A stretch of 64,000 nucleotides of DNA. It comes from Azolla caroliniana. Its lineage: Eukaryota > Plantae > Polypodiophyta. How positions within the stretch are numbered: the stretch's first letter is position 1; each line of letters opens with the position of its first letter. Made by a program: the position numbers and the translations under genes. Positions 52,574 through 64,000 of the stretch are shown here, piece after piece. Location: assembly GCA_043228905.1 (NCBI GenBank), contig JBHGNT010000010.1:8866001-8930000 (forward strand), in the 5' to 3' direction. Below the pieces are notes generated by a model that saw only the letters and a program-made list of their open reading frames with translations, was not told the origin of the DNA and ran no database searches.

Positions 52574-55500
52574 GTCTCGATTATCATTTCTATTCGACCG
52601 GAAACTTCATCATCCTTCTTTGCGATCAAGTCCCTTGATTGGATCGCTTGACCCAAACATCTCTGTTAGTCAACATATCTTGCTCGAAACGAACATTCCC
52701 ATTCTGTCGGTTCACGAACTTTGGTATCATCCTCCGGGTCTTCAAAAACGATTGTGTATGTGTATTCTTCGTCTCGTTGAGTGTGTGTGCGTAGTCTCAG
52801 GTTTTCAAAATTTTGGTGATGCCCTTTGTTTTTTAAAATTGTTATATATATCCTCAAGTTTTTGAAATCCAATCCGGTGCCCTCAAATTTATGAAATTTT
52901 ATCCGCTACCCTCATGCGTTTAAAATTCTAACAATGGCCTTAGGGTTTTTAAATTTTATAGTATACCCTTGAGTTTTGAGATTCTACAGCTACCCTCAAG
53001 TTTTTTAAAATTTTGCCACATGCCCCTATCTTCTCGTTTTCCCTCTCTCTCTTTTTTCAATTTCATTTTGTTATAATTTCAGGTTTGCTTTTAGGTCTTT
53101 CCTCCCTTTTTGTGTTTGTCTACTTCTCTTGTGTTTCCTTCTTCGTCTTTTTCTGTTTTCCTACTTTCACATGCTGGCCTTCCTTGTCTCTCTTGTGGTC
53201 CTTCTTGTTTCTTCCTACATGCTGTCCTTCTTGGCTTCTTTTTATTCATTTTGGGTAAAAGCACACAATTATATTAATTGCATATAAAATCCACTTATTT
53301 ACAACACTTCTTAGTCTCCTCTACCTATCACATGCCTATGTAGGAAGGGGGACGTCTTGTAATGCCATTAAAAAACCTGAATATGCATTTGACGAAATGA
53401 TCCCCACATGCTCAAACATCCAAAATTTTCACATGAGAATACCTTTCAACTTCTTTATATATGCTTTCACCCCATGTCTATTATCAAACATGAAGGCATT
53501 ACGCATATTCCAATTATGTTGTAGTCCCCAATAATGTAAAAATTGGAACAATATCTCCATCTCATCATTTGAACCAGTTTGAACATATTGAGAAAAAATC
53601 CATTGTTGAGGTCTCAAACAACGGGTTAAAACTTGCAAAATGTCCGATAAGTACTTCCAAATGGTAAACGCTATAGGACATTTAATGAACCTATGTGTAC
53701 TATCCTCCAATGTAACGGTGCAAAAGAAACAAGTGCCAGACCCTAGTCCTCATCTCTTTAAGACCGAACCCAATGGGAGCCCACCAATCATGACTCTCTA
53801 TATGAATACCTTTGTACGAAAAGATAGATGTGAATGCCAACTACGTTGTAGTATTTTCCAGCACCTTGCTTACATACATTCCACACCTTCGCTACTTTAA
53901 GAGTTAGCCACGATAATGATGCCATTGCGTGATGATATAATATATTTGTAGTGACCTGTAACAAGCGTGTACCAGCTGGTAACTGCCAATCCACCGAAGG
54001 TGCAAAATTTGTTTTCAATGGCAAAGATCCTTGCAACAATGGTATATCTTGTAATTTCTCCCAAATAAATCCATAATTTGGGGGAATACATAACCATCGC
54101 TTGGCATCTTCAAATTCCGATAACCTTTGAGATTTATTATCAACCACATCTTCCAAATGTACAATACCCAATCAAACCACATTGAATTGAGACCTCAACT
54201 TCTCTTTCCCATGCCAAAACAACATTCGAGAAGAAACAAGCAATTCATTTTGTAATGAATTACAAGACTCTCGATCACTTGATGGTCCCCATTCAAAAAG
54301 AGATGATGCAACTTGGCACGATCTTACCAAATGTTGTCCACATACAGAATGTTGAATCTTTAGAGGAATACTTCCATTGAGTAATGACCACCAGGATGCT
54401 TGAATCTTTGTTTTCCTGTGCACCAATCCTTCATGCTCAATAAAATATTGCATCATAGATATCCACAGTTGATCTTGTTGACATATATCTTGTAATAATA
54501 CAAATCTACGAGCCACCAAATGCATTTCCAAATGCAATGTTGTTGTACCACTTAACCTTTTAAGAGTAGTCAAATTGTCCCATGAAATCCATGTAACTCC
54601 CATCATTTCTCCCTTCCGCCACAACATGAACCGAATAGGTTGTAACATGTTTTGTAATGCCTTCTTAGTCCAAGGTAATAAAGGCAAAAAATATAATAAA
54701 TGGGTATCAAGATACATTGCACCACTTTGAGTCGTACATGAAAAGGCCATAATTGAGACTTCCCATACATAAATTTATCCTTCAATTTACTACCAATCCA
54801 ATCAATCAATTGAACATTTGCAACATCAACACCCAATGGATAACCCAAATGTCGATAAATTAATCCTCATGTAATCAGTCACCCTCGTCATCCCAAACAT
54901 TCCATATCACTCTGTACAAGAAATAAGGCGAGACTTCCTCCAATTTATATACAACCCTCAAGCCAAAGCAAATTGATCCCAAAGAATCATCAGTCAATGC
55001 TTGTGCCACCAATTGTCCACTAAAAGAAAGATGCAAACCCACAATATCACCATTAGCCGCAAGATTTGACAAAATTACTAACAAAGGATGTGTAACAATG
55101 GGCTTAATGGACATCCTTGCCGCACGGATCTAGTAAGAAACACTTTTGGAGTAACTCCACCATTGAGCATCACACGCGAGGTCGCATTTTTCCCTAGCAA
55201 AAAGATAAGTCGACACATACAAGGAACAAACCCCATATTGTACATCATACTTGAGAGGAAAGACCAATTAACATGATCATATGCTTTTTCCAAATCTACT
55301 TGCACCATAACCATTTCTTGATGTGTATGTCGAGCATAATCAATAGCCATTTGAACATTCAAAACATTATGCAATATATTTCTATCTGTAATAAAACCAT
55401 ATTGAGATGGGTGAATAAGTTGAGGTAAGAATTTCTTAAGTTAGTTGGATAATATCTTTGCAAACACTTTGTACAACCCTTCCCATCAATGAAATAGGCC

Positions 55501-58500
55501 TCCATTGATGAAATGACTCCGGAGATGGTACCTTTGGTATCAATTTGATTAACCCCACCTTCCAGCTCTCAAGCATGAAACCAAAATCCCAACATTGTTG
55601 AAACATTTGTGTGAATGGACTCTTAAGCATTTAGCATACTTCTTAAAAACTTCATTTGTAATACCATCCCAAGTAGGGCTTTACCATTTGGAAGGTGTAA
55701 CAATACCTTTTCCACCTCAACTTCTTCAAAATCAACATCCAATTCTTGACAAGTATTTGTATTCAAGACACACCCAATTACATTATAAAACTCTTGTCGT
55801 GCTTTCAACACATCCTTATTAATAATCAATTCTGGCCCAATCAAATTCTTAAAATGAGTAATGCATAACTCAATAACCTAGATTGGGTCTACAACAATGT
55901 AATCCCCTATCTTAATTTGTACCACATTCGAACGAGCATATGGTGGTCTTAATTCTTGAAAAAACATATGAGATTGTGATTGTTTATCTATAAATCCCTC
56001 CTTGAACTAACGTACGTAGTCTTGTCTGTTGATAACTTTGACAAGACAAATTCTTCACAATGTCCTGTACTTGAACTTGAAGATCCAAAAGTTCTTCATC
56101 ATGTGGATTATTCATCAATAGTACATTGCATCACGTAAGAATATATGAAAACTTATAAATAAATTTCTTACGTCTTTTAACATTAGCCATACCATATATA
56201 CGATGAATATCACTGATGTTTTGTAGTGTTATGTCTCGTGCATGCCATCCTTTTCAAATAACTTGTTCTGAAAACATGCCAAAAATTTGTTGCATATAGG
56301 CATAAAGTAAGGAATGTAATAATAAAGAAGAATTAAACCTCAATGGAACTCGATCAAGCAATGTTTTGTACATATCTACCCCCTGTTTGTTAAACTCAAA
56401 AGATATGGGAAAATGATTTGATGTCACAACCTCTTGCATAATTGACATATTAAGAATCTTTGGCAAAAAGGACTCATCATGCATAACATATACTCTATCT
56501 AACCTGCTCTATGTTTCCTTATATTGCATAGACTGAAATGTAAACCCAACCTCATCTTGATGCAACCATTTCCATACATCCAACTTCAAAACCTCTGATG
56601 CCAATTTGTCCCAAACTGCTTGCTCAAGAGAATCCATCAATGAGAATCGTGAAGTAGATTGTGAAGCATCAACACACGTATTAAAATCACCCATTAACAA
56701 ATCAACACAACCCACTAATAACCATGGATGCATTGAAGACCATAACTCAATTCGTTGATTAGCATTATTGGGTGCATATATTCCTACCAACCATATCAAA
56801 TCCTCAAAATACTTGACTTCCATCACCAAAAACCGTCCATATGGATCATTACAGACTATTTGTGGACAAAACAAATCACGAATAATCATGACTACTCTTG
56901 AGTAATGATGTGATAATTGACCTGCATAATATGTGGAATATCCACACAAATGTAACATAGATCCTGCTAAGATCTTGCTAAATCATGACACTTATGTTCA
57001 ACTGCACATAAAACATCCCATTCTTTATCAAATAAAGTTTAAATGTCCATAATATATATTTCTTATGAGGAGAAGATGCCCCTTGCACATTCTATGATAC
57101 CACTTTCATTTAACACCTTTAGTAAGAACTTGCTCTTTATGAGCAAGTGTATTCATGAATATACTAACTACTTGTTCAAGAGCTGCATAAGGCTTCGTGT
57201 GTACTACATTCCCTCCACCAATAATAGGGTTTTGTTGTCTAACTCCAGGAGAACAAAGTCCTTGATTTAATTGAGGTCACACCACCCTTCCTAAATAATC
57301 GAATTGTAATTGGTTTGACACTCTAATTTCGCACTTGTTTCTACCAAGGATTTTTCTTAAAACCCTCATTCAATCTCAAATTATCTTTTGTTGATGCCTT
57401 ACCATTAGTGTTTCTTGTGTCCCTTTTTATGGCAACACCCTTCCCTTCTATCTTATGCATCACTTGATGCCACTCTCCATCTTCATCATCTGGGTCCTCA
57501 TTAATACATAATCCATACCCCTGCCCAACACCTTTGACATGACCATGAACTTTAGGATCTTGCTCTAACCCATGAGATGTTCCCTCATCCATGACCATAT
57601 CAACCATTGAGATAATATCCTTCTCAACATCTTCCTTATTTTTCTCTTTGACATTGTTCTCCATCACCACCTCTACAACATCCTCCTCCACACAATCTTT
57701 AGTATCTTTTTCATTATTTTTCCATAAAATCGGAAAGCAAATCGTTAACAAAATCACAATTACTATTAATATCATAATCATCTCCAATAACATCTTTCCC
57801 ACAAACGATAGTAGCATATGATGCTTTTTCATGTTCTATAGAATCGATACATTTTTTCCTTTTCACAACCATCATTACTACCACATCCATCGACAATCAT
57901 CAACTCACTTCCTATTGCTGTGCCAGCCATCCTAATAAAGATAGAGAGAACTAACCTGACACAATGACAATATTCCTTGTAGCTTCTTGTAACGATAATG
58001 AAACTTAACTTCCAAATAGTCCTCGAGAGATCTCTGAACTAGCTTTGCAACGAGCCAAAAATCATAAAAAATGGAGTTCTAAGTACAAAGTGACATTAGA
58101 AACATGTTTCAACACTACTCTTAGAATGTCATCGTTTTTTTCTTCTCTCTCTCTCTCTCTATGAGTTTTCTCTCCTTGTTTGCTTGCTTCCCTATTTTTG
58201 TCTTGTCTTGCGATATCTCTTCTTCAATTTCTTCCTCTTCTTCATCCTTTTTTTTTGTGTGATTTCGTTCTTCTCTTCTTCTTTCTTCTTCTTTCTTCTT
58301 TTCTACTGCCAATGAATTTATATCTTTTCTGCACTCAGGAGGCCTCCAATTAAACAAATTCAAACACCGCTGCCAAGAAAGCACCAATTGTTGAACCATA
58401 ATAAATTTTGAACACTTAAATTTCCGGTAGCTATTAACCACATGCCACCACGAAGCTGTAATTCAAACACCGCTTGCCTTGCTTTGCTCTCTTGTGGTCC

Positions 58501-58880
58501 TTTTTATTGTTTCTTCCTACATGCTATCCTTCTTGTCTTCTTCTCTCCTTGTTTTCTTGCTTCCCCTATTTTTGTCTTGTCTTGCGATATCTCTTCTTCG
58601 ATTTCTTCCTTTTCTTCTTCCTTCTTTTTCTTTTTGTGTGCTTTTGTTCTTCTCTTCTTCTTTCTCCTTCTTTCTTCTTTTCTTCTTCTTCCTGTGTTTT
58701 CCTTCTTCGTTTCTTCTTATTTTTTGATTCCTTCTCTTTGTCTTTGTTTTTGTCTCCTTCTCCATTTCTCTCAATTGGTGTGGCTAGGGTTTGGATCAAT
58801 TTGTTCATCCCTATTCGGTTGTCCGTCGCTTGTCTCTGTTTCCATCACCGTCATCGTCTGTCGTTGTTGGCCGTCACCTG
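52574..58880. repeat. Composite CT-rich repeat, copy 2, split by a long LINE
   Basis: Homology blocks to 42965-44890 lie on both sides of the LINE. Confidence 0.7.
53240..58100 (-). mobile_element. Degraded L1-like LINE (part of ORF1 plus ORF2)
   Basis: GIYAPN, MGDFN, SNHFPI, WRPISL, DLEKAYDHVNW, SVRQGCPLSPL, CFFC...HRFIKC; A-rich end near 53240. Confidence 0.88.
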
Positions 58881-61340
58881 TGTTGAGCGGGCAAGCTTAA
58901 CCGGATCCGGATCGGCTGAATAAGCTAGAGCCGGATTGATATCCGTAGCGGAGAACTAGATTTGTGTCCAGATAGATCGGTATCCGTAACCTAGAGACGG
59001 ACCGGAGAACCGGATCGTACTCCGGAATAGTGAGGACCGGTAGGCTGTTGGTGCCTACGGTCCAAGCCGAGTACATAGGCATATTCCTTGGAGTTAGTGT
59101 CAGTTGCTCATGTGAGCATTGAATTACTTGTCAATCCTTTTAAGGACTTGTATAAAATGTGTTATGTAGGACATTTGTATGTACAGAGTGTTATTATTTT
59201 GAATTGAGTTTTGTGTTCTGCTGTTATTTGGACTAGCCGGTTTTGTCTTAGCTTCTACACATTATCTTTTACATGGTATCAGAGTGCGACGGTTGAGAAT
59301 CGTCTGTTGCCGACGAGTGACGCTCATAGACAAATCCTAACACCTGTTAAAGATCAAAAAGGAGAGAATGGAGCGAGGAATGGCTAGCTCGACATATCCA
59401 ACTGTGCATCTTGGTCATACAAGATGCACCAGTACCTACTCGGGCATGGCTACTAGAGTTATGTCGGCGGAGCTAACGATACGACACCTGCTGCGGCACA
59501 CATGGACTTTCCGTCTTGGGAACAAGCAACAAGCAGGGTAATGTACTACTTTGCATCCAATGTCTATTATCAGTTCCTCAGCCCTATCCGGGACGCCAAG
59601 GCCCCAAAGGAAGCTTGGGGAAACCTCAAAAAGGTCTTCGCCGCAAGCACCATGGCCCGGAAGTTGCAACTCCGACAGAAGTTGAGCAATGTCCAACAGA
59701 AGGACATGTCGGTGGCCGAATACACGGACGGATCAAAGACATCTGCGATTCACTTGCCTCCATCAACGTGATTGTCAAGGAGGATGAGATGGTGTAGGTC
59801 TGTCTCGTGGACCTAATGTCGAAGTTTGGAGCATTTCAAAATGCGTTATGTACAAGGGAGAATACACCCTCCTTTTTCGACTTAAAGTTGATGCTTTTTC
59901 GAGTTAAAGTTGATGCTCCTTGTAGAGGAGAACCACGTGGGTGCGTCAACGAGTACGCACACCGATAGTAAGATGTCAGAGGAAGAGAGGTCTCGTGGTC
60001 GTGGTGGATGAGGCGGATCTGCGCGCAATGCAGGCGACCAACATGAGCAGAATCAAAGGCACAAAGATGGTGCCGACAACAATTCTGGACCCTCCGGAAG
60101 TAGGGGGAATGAAGGCACAGAGTCGGAAACTGGCAAGGAAAGGCCGAAACGGAATGCTGGTACTGTGGACGAAAGGGCCACAGAGAAAGCGAGTGCTAGA
60201 AGAAGAGAATTGATTCGAACAAAGTCGAAGCGAGCCGGAAAGATGCGGACAGGCATCATCGATCGCAATTCGATGGGGGCTCCGAGATAGTCAGATCGGG
60301 ACCGGCCCTCGTAATGAAGCATAAGGCCAACCAAATGGGAGTATTCGACTCGAAGTCGGAAGAAGTTTGGTATGTGGACTCTAGAGCTTCAAACCACATG
60401 ACGAACCACAAAGAGTGGTTCTCCTTTCTCGAGAAGCCGGAGAAGCTGGGGGTAATCGAAACCAGGGACGACACCCCACATCCCATCGTGGACATCGGGG
60501 ATGTCCCTCTAAGCCATGTCGATCAGAAGGGAATCATGAGGAACGTCTTGCATGTACCGACAATCACCAAGAACTTGGTGTCGGTCGGGTAGATTGTAGA
60601 TCAAGGTATGCAAGTCCGGTTCACTCACCAAGGATGCTTCATTGAGGAGGAAGGCCGGATCATTGCACAAGGGCACCGGGATGGAAGGATGTTCATCCTC
60701 GAAAACAATGATGTAGTCAGCACTATGTTTGCGAAAGGGTCGAAGGTTGAGTCGGACATCGACCTGTGGCATAAGCGGATTGGTCACATCAACTTTCAGA
60801 AGTTACAAGAGATGCAATTGGAACACGTGCTTTCCGGACTTCCGAAGTTCAGTGGCTGGAAAGTTCAAGTACGTGAAGCTTGCCAACTCGGGAAGCACCA
60901 CAGGCTTCTGTTCCCCAATGACAAGAATCGGGGCCGAAATTGGCTCGATCTCATCCCTTTAGATGTGTGGGGACCAGCTCAAAACGTGAGCATTGGTGGG
61001 AGTCGGTATTTCGTATCCTTCATCGATGATTTCAGTAGACACACTTGGATCTATTTGATCGAGAAGAAGAGGGAAGTCTTCCCTTGCTTTCGGGACCTAA
61101 ATAATCATGTAGAACGAGAAACCGGAAGGAAGATTAAGTGTCTAAGATCAAATGGTGGAAAAGAGTACTTTTCCCGCCAATTCACGAGTTATCTACAGAC
61201 GAAGGTAATCCGACGAGCAGAACGGTGTGGCCGAACGTCAGAATCAGACACTGGTAGAAGTGGCAAGGGCGATGCTAGAAGAGAAACGCATGCCCTGGAT
61301 TTATTGGGCCGAAGCAATTTAGACTGCCGTCTCTCCATGT
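58881..61340 (+). mobile_element. Copia 5' half (LTR 58881-59273, PBS, gag-PR-integrase), truncated
   Basis: tggtatcagag at 59274; WYVDSRASNHMT, LWHKRIGH, DVWGP...FIDDFSR. Confidence 0.88.
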
Positions 61341-61346
61341 TTGTGA

Positions 61347-61448
61347 CATGCACAAAACCATGGGCTTGGACCCATGGTTTTTGGGTACACGGTTTTTCTC
61401 GTGGCATGCACAAAACCATGGGCTTGGAACCATGGTTTTTGTGCATGC
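61347..61448. repeat. Tandem pair of palindromic hairpin units
   Basis: gcatgcacaaaaccatgg-gcttggaa-ccatggtttttgtgcatgc at 61404-61448, plus a partial copy from 61347. Confidence 0.85.
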
Positions 61449-61513
61449 GGATTTGAATGGTTGTTTCATATGTAGTTTGAATATGAAAAGGAAATACATA
61501 ATATTTAAATCAC

Positions 61514-61585
61514 ATGCTAGTAGCCCTAGTGGTAAGGTAAATGTCTTTTATCTTGGAGGTGCAAGGTTCAAATCCTACTTGCACC
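61514..61585 (+). other. tRNA-derived sequence (SINE head or tRNA pseudogene)
   Basis: A-box-like TAGCCCTAGTGG at 61521-61532 and B-box GGTTCAAATCC at 61565-61575, with tRNA-like spacing. The cloverleaf is imperfect. Confidence 0.6.
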
Positions 61586-62099
61586 CCTCTATACACACTT
61601 AATGCCATTAGGCCCTAGGTTTATTTATTATTGATTTATTTGCATGTTTACAAGTATTTGTGAAATGTGCGTGTATCCTCAATTTTTCACTTTTTCTCGC
61701 ACTAAACACACTACATCATGACATCCACCCCCACCAAACTGCACATCCCCCGGCATGTGCCAAGAAGGAAAAGAGTGATGTGGTGGGGCCAAAGTTTGTC
61801 AACCTTTGATTTGCTTCATTCTTGTGCCTCGCCCATGCTGTCTTTGTCCCGCTATTTTGAGCTCGTCCATTCCTTCCAGCCGAACCATCATCGCCATCCG
61901 ATCCACCATATCGTTTGTTCGCACTTCGCAATGCCATGACCAGTTTTGATGCCCCCCTTCACCCCTCCTAAGCATAACCTTTTACAATTTGTGTATGTAC
62001 CACACTCATCCCATCTGTCTCTTTGGTCAAGAAACTTTGATCCTTCATTTTTTCTCGTCCCCCGTTTGCCTTCACAAGACCTCGTTCGAATGTCGATAT

Positions 62100-63800
62100 T
62101 GACTACCCGTCATAGTCCCTTCAAGTGCATGCTCACCTCGAGGTCTATAAGAGACCATATTGCATGCCCTTCTTTCTGCCATTCGTTTCGGTAAACTCTC
62201 GCGTTTGAGTTGACCATCCTACCTTCGATCTTCATGCTAGTGTACTCCCTCACATTAGAAGACATGATCACTTCCGGAAGAACACCTTTCAAATCCTCTT
62301 GGTCTGCTTGGCCCTCATCGTCTCTTGTCACACTTTGTTCGGCCTCTTTGTAGTGCACACTGGCTTTGATCTTTCCTTCGTCGCTACATTCTGGCTCTTG
62401 GGTCTCACATTGTCTTTCGGATGCAATTGCCCAAGTCTCTAGAACAACTATGAAGAAATTATCATCTTGATCATCGTTTTCCTTTGTTGTGTTGTCCATA
62501 GCCATCTCCTTCGCTATCTCTCTGTCACACGCATCGGCTTCCGTCATTTTGCTTTTCTTGACCTCCTTGTTGTATGCACTAGCTTCAACCCTTACTTCCT
62601 CGCCGCCATCATCCTTCTCTTGGGTCTTACTTCAATTAATTCCCAAGTTTCTCGAATGAGTGTGGAGGGATTCATACGATTTCGTAGTCCTCCTTTGCCT
62701 TTGTCGTGCTACCCTTAGCCACTTCCACCTTATGGTTGTTCGCATCGGCTTTGACCGTTGCTTCCTCACCGCCACCTTCCGTCTCTTGGGTCTTACATCG
62801 GTTAATGCCCAAGTCTCTAGGACCTTTGTGGGGAAAGTCTCTTCATCATTGTCTTCTACCCTCTTTGGCTTGACGTCATTCTCCATGACTACCTCTTTAG
62901 ACTCATGGGCCTCGTACCCATTGACCCTCTTGATCAAGCAAGCCACAATTATGCTTCCCTCTTCGTTGCATGCGTTAGCTTCAACCTTCACTTCGTCGCC
63001 ACCACCTTCGGTCTTTTGGGTCTCACGTTGGCTTTCCGACGCAACTGCCCAAGTCTCTGGAACAAGTGTGGAGAAAGTCTCGACACGGCCATCCACCATC
63101 GACTTGTCCATAGCCACCTCTGACGCGATGTCATTTTTCGTGGCAATCTCCTCAATCACGTCGGCCTCACACTTCTCATCTCCCTTTTTTCATGGGTATC
63201 TCCTCAATCACATCGGCCTCACACTTCTTATCTCCCTTTTTTCATGGGAATCTCCTCAATCACGTCAGCCTCACACTTTTTATCTCCCTTCATCACGCAA
63301 GCTTTGCTCATTCTTGCACTTTCATCACTTGATGTTTCAGACACGGCGCGTGTTCCAAAACATTTGCCGTCCTCAATTCATTGGTTTCATTCTTCACCAT
63401 TGTTCCTTTGCAAGACGAGGAGGTGACTTGTTCCACACCTTCTCCTGTGGTACCATTGTGGTACAGAACCTGGGCCTTTGTATTGACCGTATCATCAATC
63501 CGCATTTGTTAGGAGGTCTCTTCTTCCTTGATCACCGTTTATCTTGGTTTTGTCTCCATTTTAAGCTTCTCTTCAACCTCGACTTGCACCTTTAAGTTCT
63601 CGAATTCCTCTCTCATAAAGACTTCTATGTTGAGTATCGTGGCACCTTCCCCCTTCGAGCTTTCGTCCTTCGGTGGTGGCATGTTGTTGTATCTCGTCCT
63701 CCTTCGATCGTCCCTCATGGGTTGTGACATTATTGACAAGATTCCTATCTTCCTCTTGTTGTTGGCATACCCTTTTCACTTTGGACCAATTTTCAGTGAA
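62100..63800 (-). pseudogene. Degenerate acidic/repetitive ORF, probably TE-derived
   Basis: Four ETW-motif repeats, plus three ~52-bp tandem units at ~63146-63290. No catalytic motif recognised. Confidence 0.4.
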
Positions 63801-64000
63801 GTTATTTGCACCATCATCATCCTATTTAAGGTGTTATAGTCAACACTTCTAACTAGATTCTTTCTAGGTAACTACGAAGTTACATGGTTGACTAACGAAT
63901 TAAACTAAGTTGAGCTTGATCTCTCAACACGTTGTTGCGAAGTTTCACGTTCGCGTGTAAGAAGAGGCAGGACCACGGGGGTCTTGGACCAAGGAGAGAG

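Noticed and set aside
62660-63595. 311-aa plus-strand ORF
   Set aside because: Antisense shadow of the acidic repetitive minus-strand ORF.

Overview
Eukaryotic, land-plant-type genomic DNA, mostly nested transposable elements (L1-like LINEs, Ty1/copia and Ty3/gypsy LTR elements, hAT-like non-autonomous elements, a tRNA-derived SINE head). One intact host gene is present: a 5-exon NRT1/PTR (NPF) transporter on the minus strand (13311-37907, 572 aa), whose second intron is about 22 kb of nested TEs. The most unexpected signal is at the left edge and is missed by the ORF track: a decayed, intron-containing, prokaryote-type beta-class DNA amino-methyltransferase (N4mC/N6mA) coding remnant at ~307-1043. 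Other oddities are a gypsy-derived element with INVERTED LTRs under one ATAT target-site duplication (TSD), a 35-bp mini-LTR of the same family, a -1 frameshift cassette in a gypsy gag-pro junction, a near-intact copia whose 5' LTR collapsed via microhomology, and an insertion with two unrelated LTR-like ends under one TSD. Everything was read by eye with no database searches. Species, copy numbers and novelty are unverified, and the boundaries of degraded remnants are approximate.
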